Assembly (NCBI GenBank): GCA_963801815.1
Contig: CAWDGJ010000002.1
Span: 736,001-800,000 of the forward strand
Direction: 5' to 3'
Length of the DNA: 64,000 bases
Origin: an uncultured Verrucomicrobiae bacterium
GTDB lineage: Bacteria; Verrucomicrobiota; Verrucomicrobiia; Chthoniobacterales; UBA10450
This document shows, piece by piece, positions 21,423-33,524 of this stretch. The notes under the pieces are model-generated. The model had not been told where the DNA came from, searched no databases, and worked only from the letters and a program-made list of their open reading frames with translations. Both the position numbers and the translations under genes were made by a program. The number at the start of each line of letters is the position of its first letter. The stretch's first letter is position 1.

Positions 21423-21448
21423 GTAACCAAAATGCCTCCACCCGCGTC
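21423..21448 (+). promoter_or_regulatory. ECF-type promoter GTAACC-N16-CGTC for the sigma operon
   Basis: GTAACC aaaatgcctccacccg CGTC, ending 29 nt before the sigma ATG. Confidence 0.7.
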
Positions 21449-21477
21449 TTTACGTGTAGCGTGGATACAATTTGGAC

Positions 21478-22059
21478 ATGGATGATCCTGAACCTGATGC
21501 GCTGGTTCAAGCCGCTCTTCGGCATGACGACGAAGCGGCTCGTGAACTGGTGCGCCGACTCTATCCGCTTGTCGCAAAAATGGTGCGGTCCCACCGGCCG
21601 AGACGAACTCCTGAGGAGGATCTTTGCCAAATGATTTTCATCAAGGTTTTTCAGAAGCTCTCTCAGTTTTCCGGCAAAGTTCCGCTGGAACATTGGGTCT
21701 CGCGCATTGCCGTGAACACCTGCCTCAGCCAGATCGAAGCCGAAAGAGTGCGACCGGAGTTGCGCCACGCCGATTTGAGTGAGGAAGAGGAAGCTGTCGT
21801 GAAGAACCTCGCAGTCGCGTCGGACGAGCTCGCGCCGGACCGTCAGCTGGCGTCCCGCCAGCTGGTCGAACATCTGCTGGAGTTTCTCAAACCGGTTGAA
21901 CGTCTGGTGGTCGATTTGCTTTACTTGCAGGGTCGTTCGGTTGAAGAAATCCACAAAATTACCGGGCTCGGCGTTGCCGCCATTAAGGTGCGGGCGTTCC
22001 GGGCGCGGCAAAAGATGAAAACCCAAATGGCAAAGATTGGAGCCGGAACAAGCCTATGA
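21478..22059 (+). CDS. ECF RNA polymerase sigma factor
   Basis: EDLCQMIFIKVF, WVSRIAVN (region 2); SVEEIHK..AIKVRAFRAR (region 4). Confidence 0.92.
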   Translation: MDDPEPDALVQAALRHDDEAARELVRRLYPLVAKMVRSHRPRRTPEEDLCQMIFIKVFQKLSQFSGKVPLEHWVSRIAVNTCLSQIEAERVRPELRHADLSEEEEAVVKNLAVASDELAPDRQLASRQLVEHLLEFLKPVERLVVDLLYLQGRSVEEIHKITGLGVAAIKVRAFRARQKMKTQMAKIGAGTSL

Positions 22060-22352
22060 ACGATTTCGACCTCGATAGACTGCTGCGAAGTGCGGCCCGC
22101 GTTAAAGACGATGCGCCGGTCGAAATGCCGTTCGGCTTCGACACTCGCGTCATCGCTCTTTCGCGCAGAAACGGAAACGGCTCCGCCATGGCGCGACTGT
22201 TGCGCCGGGTCGCGCTGGTCGCTGCAGCCGTAATTGTTTTTGCCAGCGCCGGCGCTTACCTGGAATTCGACCGCAGCACTGACGCGATCGTATCGTCCGG
22301 TAACGAATTCGCCATTGCTGACTCCGCTATTCAGGACGAAGTGGCGCAATGA
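22056..22352 (+). CDS. Putative single-TM anti-sigma factor
   Basis: Coupled to the sigma gene; PFGFDTRV followed by a TM helix. Confidence 0.65.
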   Translation: MNDFDLDRLLRSAARVKDDAPVEMPFGFDTRVIALSRRNGNGSAMARLLRRVALVAAAVIVFASAGAYLEFDRSTDAIVSSGNEFAIADSAIQDEVAQ

Positions 22353-22777
22353 ATAGCGCGCTCAAGTGGAAATTAATCGCCGGTTTCCTGCTGGTGTTCA
22401 TCGCCGGTTGCGCCGCTGGCGTATTCCTGACGATGACGATCGGCCACCAATTCATGTTTGGTCAGCATCCGCCGGTTGGACCCGCGTTGAAAAATCGTTT
22501 GCGCTGGCAACTACGCTTGACCGACGAACAGATGACGAAGATTTCGCCGATCATCGATAAGACAAGCGCACAGCTCGAAGAAATCCGCGGTGACACCGGT
22601 AAACGCGTTCGCGACGTGATTGCCGAGTCGCATCAAGAGATCGCGCAGTATCTCACGCCCGAGCAACAGCAACGGCTGAAACAGATGGAAGAGCGACGGC
22701 GGCATTGGATGCAACAGCATCACGGCCCGTGGCAGCACCGGAACGGCACCCCGACTCCCGAAACATCACCTCAGTGA
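22349..22777 (+). CDS. Membrane-anchored periplasmic LTXXQ/metal-sensor-like protein
   Basis: N-terminal TM; LRLTDEQ and LTPEQQ. Confidence 0.65.
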   Translation: MNSALKWKLIAGFLLVFIAGCAAGVFLTMTIGHQFMFGQHPPVGPALKNRLRWQLRLTDEQMTKISPIIDKTSAQLEEIRGDTGKRVRDVIAESHQEIAQYLTPEQQQRLKQMEERRRHWMQQHHGPWQHRNGTPTPETSPQ

Positions 22778-22784
22778 GAGGTGA

Positions 22785-23429
22785 TTATTTCGCGGCCTTG
22801 GCCAGCAAGTCGCGCACTTCCTCGTCGCTCGTCTGCGAGAAATCTTCGTAGTACTGGCCGACCGCCTGGAAAGATTCCGGAGCGCTGGCGCAAACGACTT
22901 CATCCGCGACGTCTTCGAACTCGCGGCAGGTTTCCGGGGGACCAACCGGCACTGCGACGACAATTTTTGCCGCGCCGCGTCGCCGCAAAGCCTTCACCGC
23001 AGCCCGCATCGTAGCGCCAGTCGCGAGACCATCGTCGATCAGAATGACCGTGCGGCCGGTAATTTCCGGCGCCGGCCGGCCGTCGCGATATTCATGTTCC
23101 CGACGTTCGAGTTCGGCAGTTTCCCGTTGCGTAACCGCTTCGATAATTTCTTCCGCGTTCGGCAAAGCGGCCACGACATCTTCATTCAAAACCCGCACTC
23201 CACCGGACGCAATCGCTCCGACCGCGAGCTCTTCAAATCCTGGCACACCGAGTTTGCGCACGATAAAAACATCCAGCGGAACCCGCAGCTCCAGTGAAAC
23301 TTCGTATGCAACGGGAACTCCGCCGCGCGGAAGTCCCAGCACGATCACATCATCGCGCCCCGAATATTTGCTGAGCTTGGTCGCCAGAAATCGTCCGGCT
23401 TCGGAGCGATTTGGAAAAGCGCCTTCCAT
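22785..23429 (-). CDS. Phosphoribosyltransferase family protein
   Basis: [22 protein letters not shown]. Confidence 0.9.
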   Translation of the reverse strand: MEGAFPNRSEAGRFLATKLSKYSGRDDVIVLGLPRGGVPVAYEVSLELRVPLDVFIVRKLGVPGFEELAVGAIASGGVRVLNEDVVAALPNAEEIIEAVTQRETAELERREHEYRDGRPAPEITGRTVILIDDGLATGATMRAAVKALRRRGAAKIVVAVPVGPPETCREFEDVADEVVCASAPESFQAVGQYYEDFSQTSDEEVRDLLAKAAK

Positions 23430-23436
23430 GCGACGA

Positions 23437-23937
23437 TCACCTTTTACCGCGAATAACGTCGCTCAGCGGAACCATTTCGGCGATCGGCTGGCTTGATTCG
23501 ATATAATCGCGAAAGCCGGGCGCGAAGGCGGCGCGCCGCAATTGCCACCAGCTCTGCACTCCCGGAAGGTGAAAGTACATTCGCGCGTAAGCGTCCCACC
23601 CTTCCCATTGCTGCGCGTCGAGCGTCCCCTGGCGTTTTTGAAACCACGCGTTTTCGGAAAGCTTGAAGACCGCGAGCAAAACAGCGACGGTCCGTGCCCG
23701 GTCCTCGTCGCTGGCGCCGTCCCAATCCTTGATCACGCGAGTGAATGCGCGGGTAAATTCGACGTCGTGCGCTTGCGGCCCAAGCAGCTCCATCAGCGAC
23801 CTGGTCAGCGAATCGACCACGACCGATTTCTGCGAGCGGGTGTTTTGACGAATTTGCACCGCTAGATAAAACAACGACGCGACAACGCCAATCGCCGCGA
23901 TCAATTGCGCGATCGCGTTGATCGTTTCCAGCTTCAC
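23437..23937 (-). CDS. Hypothetical protein with N-terminal TM helix
   Basis: [22 protein letters not shown] start at 23937. Confidence 0.7.
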   Translation of the reverse strand: MKLETINAIAQLIAAIGVVASLFYLAVQIRQNTRSQKSVVVDSLTRSLMELLGPQAHDVEFTRAFTRVIKDWDGASDEDRARTVAVLLAVFKLSENAWFQKRQGTLDAQQWEGWDAYARMYFHLPGVQSWWQLRRAAFAPGFRDYIESSQPIAEMVPLSDVIRGKR

Positions 23938-23986
23938 GCCCGACCTTTTACCAAACGGCTCGGCATCTGACGACGCCGTTCTTCCG

Positions 23987-24047
23987 TGGAGGGGCACGCG
24001 CTGTCGTGCCCCTAAAATAATGGGACGCGACGGCGCGCGTCCCTCCA
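23987..24047. repeat. REP-like doublet (GGAG family)
   Basis: TGGAGGGGCACGCGCTGTCGTGCCC ... GGGACGCGACGGCGCGCGTCCCTCCA. Confidence 0.7.
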
Positions 24048-24051
24048 GTTG

Positions 24052-25542
24052 TTATCTTGGCAACGGTTGTTCTGAATTCGCCATGGCGTAGGCCCAGACC
24101 GCCACGATCGCGGACGTTTCCGCCAGATTTTTCGGGTCGATCTTGTCGAGCGTGTCCGCCGCCGTGTGGTGATAATTAAAATAGAACCGGCCATCCTGAA
24201 TCGGCGCGAACGACGGCACGCCCGCCTTTTCCATCGGTTCGATGTCGGCGCCGGCGTGCTCGCTCAATTCAAGGGCGCCAGCGCCCGACTCTTGCAGTAT
24301 CGCCGCGACCGGTTTCAACAGCGTCTTCACTTCCGGCTTTGCTTTGACGTGAAGCCCAACCGGATGATCGGCCCCATTGTCCGTTTCCATTGCGGCGAAA
24401 TGATTCGCCCAATCTTTCTCGTGATCCTTCGCGTACTGCTTCGAGCCGCGCGTCCCGTTCTCTTCGTTCATCCACGCGATCACGCGGATGGTGCGTTTCG
24501 GTTTCAAATTCAACTTGTGGACGAGATTCGCAGCTTCCATTGAAACCGCCACGCCCGCGCCGTCGTCGATCGCACCGGTTCCCAGGTCCCACGAATCGAG
24601 ATGGCCGGAAACAATCACGACTTGTTCCGGATGTTCGCTGCCCTTGATGTCGCCGATCACATTTGCGCTTTCGACGTCGGGCAATGTTTGCGGCGTTAGC
24701 ACAAGTTTCATTTTCACGGGACCTTGCTTCACCAGATCGGCAATCAGGTCCGCGTCTTCGCTCGTGACCGCGCCCGCGGGAATTTTCGGGGCGTCATTCG
24801 CATACTTTGTCGATCCGGTGTGCGGAATGCGATAATCGGCGCCGCCAACCGAACGAATCAAGCACGCGACTGCGCCTTGTCGCGCAGCCGCGCTCGGCCC
24901 GTCGCTTCGATAATCGACCGCTTCGCCGTAGGCCTCGCCGCTGCGTCCTACCGCGGCCATCTGTTTGTCGAACGGATAAGTGAAGAGCACGATCTTACCG
25001 GCGACCTTGTCGCGCGGCATCGCTTTCAGTTCGTCGAAATTTTTTACAGCGACGACATCCGCGGTGATTCCTTCTTTCGGAGTGGCAACGCTTCCGCCGA
25101 GCGCGCAAAGCACAATCTTTTGCGTTGTTCCGTCTGCCATTCCTGGAAATTGAACTAGCGCGGCGGTTTCTTCGCCACGCACCCAATGCGGCACCATCGC
25201 CTTCTCCAGCTGCACTTCGCAGCCGATCGCTTTCAATTCGCCCGCCACATACTCAACCGCTTTCGCCGCTTGGGCCGAACCGCTCAATCGCGGTCCGATG
25301 TTGTCGGAAAGATGCGCGACTTCGCGATACGCGTAATCGCTGCTCAGGGCGGCTTGTTGCAGTCGCTTCAGATCAGCGAGCGTTTGGGTGGAAAAAACAA
25401 CCGGCGTGGCGGTCGGCGATGGGGTTGCCGACGCCTCATCGTCCTCACTGGGAGAAGTTTTTGCCATCGGCTCGGCAGACTTGAGAACGACAGCTGCTGT
25501 CAGCAAAAATCCGACACCAAGAATGTATCGCCACTTCGTCAT
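24052..25542 (-). CDS. Secreted M28 peptidase (carboxypeptidase Q-like)
   Basis: IGPRLSGS, SGHLDSWD.GTGAIDDG, MNEENG, YHHTAADT. Confidence 0.9.
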   Translation of the reverse strand: MTKWRYILGVGFLLTAAVVLKSAEPMAKTSPSEDDEASATPSPTATPVVFSTQTLADLKRLQQAALSSDYAYREVAHLSDNIGPRLSGSAQAAKAVEYVAGELKAIGCEVQLEKAMVPHWVRGEETAALVQFPGMADGTTQKIVLCALGGSVATPKEGITADVVAVKNFDELKAMPRDKVAGKIVLFTYPFDKQMAAVGRSGEAYGEAVDYRSDGPSAAARQGAVACLIRSVGGADYRIPHTGSTKYANDAPKIPAGAVTSEDADLIADLVKQGPVKMKLVLTPQTLPDVESANVIGDIKGSEHPEQVVIVSGHLDSWDLGTGAIDDGAGVAVSMEAANLVHKLNLKPKRTIRVIAWMNEENGTRGSKQYAKDHEKDWANHFAAMETDNGADHPVGLHVKAKPEVKTLLKPVAAILQESGAGALELSEHAGADIEPMEKAGVPSFAPIQDGRFYFNYHHTAADTLDKIDPKNLAETSAIVAVWAYAMANSEQPLPR

Positions 25543-25616
25543 CCAACGAAAATGTAGAGTTCCGCGTGAATGACAAGCACTCACATCCAATGGCGATTTC
25601 CTAACGTTCCGCAAAT

Positions 25617-25703
25617 GCCAGTCCGGCTCGGACCGATTAACCACTTAGGGTCTGGTTCGTTCCTCAAATTCGAAATCCGCAAACCGCCAGTCCGGCTCGG
25701 ACC
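25617..25703 (+). repeat. Two copies of the 18-bp hairpin unit GCCAGTCCGGCTCGGACC
   Basis: Exact at 25617-25634 and 25686-25703; also 33226-33243 (minus) and 4042-4059 (1 mismatch). Confidence 0.85.
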
Positions 25704-25834
25704 GAAGCTCCAAACAAATAGGAATCCGAAATCTCAAATCAAAGTGGTCAAAAGCTGCAATTCAAACATTCGATTTTTGAAATTGTTTCGGATTTCGGAA
25801 TTCGAGCTTCGGATTTCCGTCTCGTCACTTGTCA

Positions 25835-26271
25835 CTATTTCACCCTTCCTTCATCGAAATCGATCAGGTCCGGAATGCACTCGATGTCACTGCGATCTGC
25901 GATTCCCATCTCCTTTTTTCGCTGCTTCCAATCGCGGCGTGACACGGTCGCGCCAGCCGAGTTTCGAAATGAATCCGTTCCAGACAAACAAGTCGCCTTC
26001 GTTCAGTCGCCGGCCTTTTTCAAAACACCATTCCAGAATCTCTTCATCGGTGCCGCCTTGTTTCACCCGCTCGATCAAATCGCGATGATGGATCCGCAGA
26101 AAATTGCACAGCGCGCTGTCCGCCGTCTGCAGGCGCGCCGAAATTCTCCTGATAATCTGAGTGCAGCTCACCGCTCAGATGCAGCCGGATCTTGTCCAGC
26201 ATCCGCGGGAAATACATCACGCCCTTGGTCATTTCCTTCGGGCTCTTTGGAAACTTACGTTCGCATGTCAA
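25835..26271 (-). CDS. DUF5069 domain protein; frameshifts at ~26135 and ~25915
   Basis: PKSPKEMTKGVMYFPRMLDKIR / DSALCNFL...TDEEILEW / DLIDFDEGR across three frames; start uncertain. Confidence 0.75.
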
Positions 26272-26465
26272 AAAGGTAGCGACGATTGACCTCAATCGCC
26301 ATGGCTGGGCTCACAAATTCGAAATCCGACACCGAGTCTGGTCACGAAGTTCGAATAGCACGATCAGGTCAGAATCAAAACGGAAACGCCTGAGCTACAA
26401 ACATCACATTTTGAATTTGTTTCGGATTTCGGATCGAGCTTCGAATTCGAATCTCTCACTCGTCA

Positions 26466-27855
<1,390 letters not shown>

Positions 27856-28082
27856 TGCCAGAAGATCGCTGCCGTCAGCAAATACGACCGAGACCTGACC
27901 ACGGATTACACGGATCGGACGGATGATCCTCGGGCTCTGGGGCGATCTTAAACTTTCAACTAAAGCGAAGCGTTCTATCAGCCATCAACTTCTGCGGCTT
28001 CACCACAGAGGCCACGGACCTCACGGAGGAATCGGCTGGATTTCGGTGGTGGCAGGCGTCTCGCCTGCGAACTCGTCACCTG

Positions 28083-29136
28083 TCACCTGTCACTTCCGCA
28101 TCCAATTCCCATCAGCAATCCGTTCTCGAGCACCGACGGATTGATCGTCAGAAACAGAACGACGCCGTCCACGGGCGAAATGATTTTCTCGAGCACGTCG
28201 CCGAATAAATCCCCAACCGAGCCGATCTCCTGCCCTTTCTTGAGTACGTCGCCCGCCACGACCTTCGGATACCACATGCCGGCATTCTTCGTGTAAAGCC
28301 ACTCAAACTTTGTCAACACTTTCGACTCTTCTGTGGTGGCAGGCGTCTCGCCTGCATTTGTTTTTTTGGATTTGGTTTTTGCCTGGGATTTGGAACCTGG
28401 GATTTGGGATTTCGGTCCGCCTGCAAGCATTCCCAGATGTCCCATCACATTTAGCACTCCATTCACGAGCAATTCCACTTGGTCCTGTTGCAGCTGCCCC
28501 ACTCCACCGGCTTCCGCCAGAATCGCTGGAACACCTTTCTCCGCGGCCGCTGCATAACTCGATGCCCTTTGCTCGGCTGCACGGGTTTCGAAACCGTCAG
28601 CACGTAGGGCAACCCGAACGCGAGCGCGATTTCCTTTGATTTCATCGCCACATCGTCTTACCGCCGCTCCGACAGATGACGAACGGAACCAGCGCTTCCG
28701 GAATATCGCCGCCGTGAAGATCGATATAGGCGTCGGCGTGAACGACGAACTCGTGAATGAGAGCGTGCGTCATCTGCTCGGAATAACTTCCTTTGGGATC
28801 GCCGGGGAACACGCGGTTCGGATTCACGTTATCGACCGGACAAACAAACGGCGTGCGCGATCGAAACGACGGCAAACTCAAGACCGGCATCAAAATCACC
28901 GTGCCGGCGATTTTCTTTGGATCGAGCGTTTTGCTCAATCGAATCACCGCTTCGATCGCGGGATACTCGCCGCCGTGCACGCCGGCGTTCACGAACAACA
29001 CCGGTCCCGTTTTCGCGCCGGTGACTGAAATTACCGGTCGCGGCTCATCCTTCGCCAACGCCGCGCCCGGCAACTTGATCAGGTGCCGCTCAGTTTTGCC
29101 CGGCGTCAGTTCACCTAGAATCGGAATCTTTTGCAT
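28083..29136 (-). CDS. Succinylglutamate desuccinylase/aspartoacylase (M14-like) family; frameshifts at ~28660 and ~28560
   Basis: AGVHGGEY, NPNRVFPG, IDLHGG, AILAEAG; biotinyl-like C-terminus. Confidence 0.8.
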
Positions 29137-29249
29137 TCAAACCACCAATAAACACGAAGCCACGGATTACACGGATAGACCGGATATGACAGGAATTATT
29201 CGAATTCCCCCGACGCAGTTGTAGCGGTGCTTACAACAACGCGCTCTCG

Positions 29250-31034
29250 TCATTGCGCGGTTTTTCGTTTGTAGATAGCTGCGCCGTAGCCGCCAACATC
29301 GAGCGGATCATCGCCACCGTACGCATGAAGTTGGTAATCCCGAGTCAGCCACTCAAGAATTTCACGACCTTTTCCAGGGGCCTCACCATAACGATCAATT
29401 CCATGCGCGCGCAGGTCGCGACTGATAAGAACAACGCGGTCCGGTGGATTAGCCTCCAGTTCACCCGCCATCTCGGAATTGGATGGAAAAAAGTAGTAGT
29501 AACGCACACTGCTCGGAATCCGAGCGAGATAGTTGATGATAGCGCCTTCCGGTAGAACGACGAGGCTCTTGATCCTGGCGTCCTGCTTCAGAGATGTGGT
29601 TGTGCCTTCGACCAGTTCGCCAGTTCCGTCTAGCTGAGGCGGAAAGGTGTAAAAACGATCGATGCCTTCGCCGATGGAGTCGGTTTTCAGACGCAGCAAC
29701 TGTTGCGAGTCCTGTGCGATGTTGACTACGCCCGGAACAAGCAACGCGAGGACGGCGGTCACAACCAGAACACGTTCGCGGGCGGCGAGCCGTAACCACT
29801 CCGGTAACTCACTCAGAAGCACGGCAGGAACGATTGAACCTGCGATGGCAGCTTGAAAAAAGCCGTAGTGATAAATTCGACCGTTCAAAAACATTCTCGC
29901 CATCAAGGCCGTTCCGAGGACCGCCAGCAAGGTCGCGGTAATAATCTTACGCCTGTTCCCGGGCACCGATCGCAAAGACACTATGAAGCGGACCAAGGCG
30001 TAAACGACGAGCAGGCCAAGCAAACAACGACCGATCTCCCGCCAATGTACGGCGGTGGATGCGATTGCCCCCACGGCACCCGTGAAAACAACGGCCAATC
30101 CGATAGTTACTCGATTAGGTGGCAGCTTTCGACCGAGCCAGCCAACCAGAGCAATTGCGCCGATGACAAGGAAGGCCACCAAAGTAGCAATGAGATGTTG
30201 CTTGAGATTATTGCCAGCCTCCGACATGCCGGAGAAGTCGCCCTGTAAGCCAGTGGAATAATCTCCCGCATTCGCTGCAATAATTTCCCGATAAGCGCCC
30301 GCCGACATGACCAGGGCTTCTTTCACCGGAACAAAAACGGAGAAGTAACTTGTGAAGGCCAGGGTGGGAAGCGCAGTCCCGACAAGTCCAAGCAGAACAG
30401 AACGCCACGAAGGTAGCTTGTGGTATCGCCAGCACAGCACGGCGGACACAATGATCAGAGCTGCTCCGGATAGTATGAACTCCGGTTTTAAGACAAAACA
30501 AAAACCGTACAACAGGCCGGCGAGAAAAGTCCTGAATGGCGTCGGTTCTTCGATCCAGCCCGACAGCACATAAACCATAGCCAGGCTTATAAGCATGCCG
30601 TGGGTCGCTTCGTGAGAATAAGGTGTGGCGTAATTGTAGTTGGCGATACGTACAAGTTGGCTAAACCCGAAGACCGCGATGAAGGTAGCAGTCGCTGCGA
30701 GAGCGCCGGCAAAACCCCAGGCGCGCCGGCAAAGAAGAAAGAACAGCGCCAGGATAGCTGCAAAAATGATCAGGTTAGCCGTCACCAGGACCATCATGCC
30801 CGGTTGAAAGACGGTGAAGAGCATGGCGTTGAAGTATTGTGAGAGAGGGCCGTAAGCCTCTTCAACGTCGCGATAGAGAAGAGCACCCTGCGAAAGTCGC
30901 CACGGGACGTACAGCTCTCGGCCAAAGTCGACGAGCGGGTCGGGCCATTTACGCCAGGAGGCGGCGAAAAAATAGACAAAGAGCGCCAACAGGAACACGA
31001 GCCCCAGCCATTGGGCGATCTTCGGCAGACGCAT
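29250..31034 (-). CDS. Polytopic membrane protein, GT-C (ArnT/PMT-like) glycosyltransferase
   Basis: DFGRELY..LYRDV..YGPL loop followed by more than 10 TM helices. Confidence 0.65.
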   Translation of the reverse strand: MRLPKIAQWLGLVFLLALFVYFFAASWRKWPDPLVDFGRELYVPWRLSQGALLYRDVEEAYGPLSQYFNAMLFTVFQPGMMVLVTANLIIFAAILALFFLLCRRAWGFAGALAATATFIAVFGFSQLVRIANYNYATPYSHEATHGMLISLAMVYVLSGWIEEPTPFRTFLAGLLYGFCFVLKPEFILSGAALIIVSAVLCWRYHKLPSWRSVLLGLVGTALPTLAFTSYFSVFVPVKEALVMSAGAYREIIAANAGDYSTGLQGDFSGMSEAGNNLKQHLIATLVAFLVIGAIALVGWLGRKLPPNRVTIGLAVVFTGAVGAIASTAVHWREIGRCLLGLLVVYALVRFIVSLRSVPGNRRKIITATLLAVLGTALMARMFLNGRIYHYGFFQAAIAGSIVPAVLLSELPEWLRLAARERVLVVTAVLALLVPGVVNIAQDSQQLLRLKTDSIGEGIDRFYTFPPQLDGTGELVEGTTTSLKQDARIKSLVVLPEGAIINYLARIPSSVRYYYFFPSNSEMAGELEANPPDRVVLISRDLRAHGIDRYGEAPGKGREILEWLTRDYQLHAYGGDDPLDVGGYGAAIYKRKTAQ

Positions 31035-31264
31035 GGAGAGAATATTTAATCAGGAATCCACGAATCGAGGAAGTCAGGACACTCTCACGATTTCAGTTTT
31101 CAGAATTTCAGTTTTCAGTTTTTCAAGCTGATCACTGTCACTGGCTTGCCACGCCGTAGTCAGACGAATGGAGCGACTGGGGTGAGCGACATGGCCGGTA
31201 ACGCCGCGAGGTAGCGGTCGAGCGCAGCGGGAGCTGCCGAGATACAAGGCGGGTCACTTCTTCT

Positions 31265-32011
31265 TTAGAGCTTTTCGAAAAATGACGGATCTATCGTCGG
31301 ATTGACCGTGATGCTCTGGATCTTCGTGGTCTCGAGCACTTTGCCAGTCTTCAGGTCTGTCTCTGAGTTGGCGAACGCGAATTGGACACCTGAGATAGTT
31401 CGAAAATCCGTGCTTCGCTGCTCGATCGTCGTCGGCGTTGGATCGATGTCCACGTGCAGAGGACGAACGTCGCGGCGCCGCGTGATTAACCAGGTGTTCG
31501 GATCGACATAGAGCGTCGTGCGATAACCATCCTTCAATGTCAGTGCGAGCGCATAGTAGTTGATCCCATCGATTTTCTCCCGGCCCGCAAGCTCGATCTG
31601 ATGGCCGCGCTGTTTGAGCTCATGCAAACCAAATAATTTTCCCGGCAGTTCGACCCCGTGCTGAAGAGCCGCTGTCCCTTGGGCCGATGCAGGCTTGGAT
31701 TCCTTACCGTTCCATTCCCAGCCGTGCTGTCCGTCGAATGCTTCAGTGAATACATGTTTGCCCGCCACAGAAGCATCGATCCGCATCTTCCCCGGACGCG
31801 CCGCATAATACACTCCATCGACCTCAAAACCCGGATCGGTGATGTGCAGATCGACTTCGATTGATTGAATCGCCTCGATCGCAGCCCGGCCGCCCATCGC
31901 CTTGGTGTTGCGATCGATCACTTCGTCAAGCGTCGTAGGAGTACCATCACAACCGAACGACAAAAGACCAAGAAGCCCCAAGAGCGGGATCATCCCACGC
32001 GTTGCTGTCAT
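31265..32011 (-). CDS. Lipoprotein, LolA-like/outer-membrane sorting fold
   Basis: LLSFGC lipobox; AMGGRAAIEAI, LYVDPNTWL, DFRTISGVQF. Confidence 0.6.
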   Translation of the reverse strand: MTATRGMIPLLGLLGLLSFGCDGTPTTLDEVIDRNTKAMGGRAAIEAIQSIEVDLHITDPGFEVDGVYYAARPGKMRIDASVAGKHVFTEAFDGQHGWEWNGKESKPASAQGTAALQHGVELPGKLFGLHELKQRGHQIELAGREKIDGINYYALALTLKDGYRTTLYVDPNTWLITRRRDVRPLHVDIDPTPTTIEQRSTDFRTISGVQFAFANSETDLKTGKVLETTKIQSITVNPTIDPSFFEKL

Positions 32012-32143
32012 CGAGCAAACGACGACGCCGAAACCCGAATTTGTCTGTCTTCCGCTGCCGTACTTCTTAAATCTTAATTCTTCCTTCTGACTTAAGTTGA
32101 TCCGTGGAATCCGTGGTTAAGGATCCTTTTCCTGGATTCCTGA

Positions 32144-33521
32144 TTAATTTTGAATCCCGCTTGGTAATCGCGGCGAGGCTAAGAGTTTGCCGAATTCGCT
32201 CCACCGTTTCTCGGGATCATCTCCAGCTCGCTTCTCGATGTATTGGCGCACCATGTCTTCGCCGAGGTTGTAATTGATCACGTAACTTCGGTAACGCTGG
32301 ATGAATTTCACCCGCTGCTGCGCGCGGGGCGGTTCCATCACCGCGTATTTTTGCAACCATTCCGCCGCGGCGTTCTCGTCGATCTCCCCGTTGATCAATC
32401 TTCGCGCGGCCTCGTTTCCCGCGTAATTGAGATCCTTCATCAAATCCTGCACTGCGTAATATTCGTCCGCGCGCTTCGGATCGATTCCCGCCGCCGGGAA
32501 GAGTACTTCTTTCTCGAACTTCATTCGCTCGGCCTTGGTCGGGAACGCCACGTCTCTTCCGAAATTCGCGGTTCCTTCCGCGATCAGTGATTGCGGCGAG
32601 AACAACGCGTAAACCGAAAACTCCATCCAGCCGCGATCGCGCACCAGGTTCTTTTCCAGGAGCGAATTGTAAACGTGATGTCCGGGATAACCTTCGTGGG
32701 CCGCGAGATCGACCGCGCGATCGATGTAGATCGGCAGATCGGTGTTCACCTGGATCACGCTGTGGAAATTGCCTTTGTACCAATTGTAACCGCCCCACGG
32801 TTTATTGTTCACGTACTCGACCGTGAAACTCTCGTTAGGCGGAAGCGCAATGTGCGCCAGCGTCCGGGCGCGACACTCCTTGATCGCGAGTTGAAACACC
32901 GCATCGAGTTTCTCCTTCGGAATCACAAACGGCTTCCGCCAATTTCTCGTAGCGCTCCCAAAGTGGGCCCGAACCGGGGATCTTTTTGTCGAGCTGCGCA
33001 ATGATCTGATCGAAGTGCGAATCCGGATAGGTCGGCGCGACCGCGTCGTAAAGCGCGCGCGACTCATCATCGAACTTTAATTTCTCGCCCTTCAACATCC
33101 GGACCCTCGCCCCCAGCGCGGAAATTTGTTTCTGCAAATATTCCCGCCGCAATTGAATCAGATCGTTGTCCGCCATCCCCGGCGCGCAACAATCCATCTC
33201 GTCGCCGGCTTTTTCTGTGGCGGCAGGTCCGAGCCGGACTGGCGTTGTCCCCGGCTGCATTTCTGCCAGCTTCGCCTTTAGCGCTTCGCCCTCAGAGCTT
33301 ATTTGATCCAGCGATTGCTTCGTCTTCTCCGCCTGCGTCTTCCACTCCGACGGCCCGTAAAACGCATCCACATAATCCGGATCATGTTCGCCGAGCGCCA
33401 AAACCAGATGCGCGTACCGCTTTGCGACCGCGTTCATGTCATCCTTTCCCGGCGCGGCGAAACTCAACGTTATCAAGCCGAAAAGAACGAACAGTAAAAA
33501 TATCCGGCGCGTAAGGAACAT
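32144..33521 (-). CDS. Secreted DUF885-like putative metallopeptidase; frameshift at ~32945
   Basis: Signal peptide; AAHEGYPGHH, IAEGTA, YVINYNLG. Confidence 0.7.
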
Positions 33522-33524
33522 TTG

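Noticed and set aside
21190..22026. Long N-terminal part of the 408-aa minus-strand ORF
   Set aside because: Antisense to the ECF sigma gene and across repeats; the signal peptide starts at 21189
25617..25703. Two identical 18-mers 51 nt apart as a mini CRISPR array
   Set aside because: Repeat too short, only two units, dispersed single copies elsewhere, no cas genes
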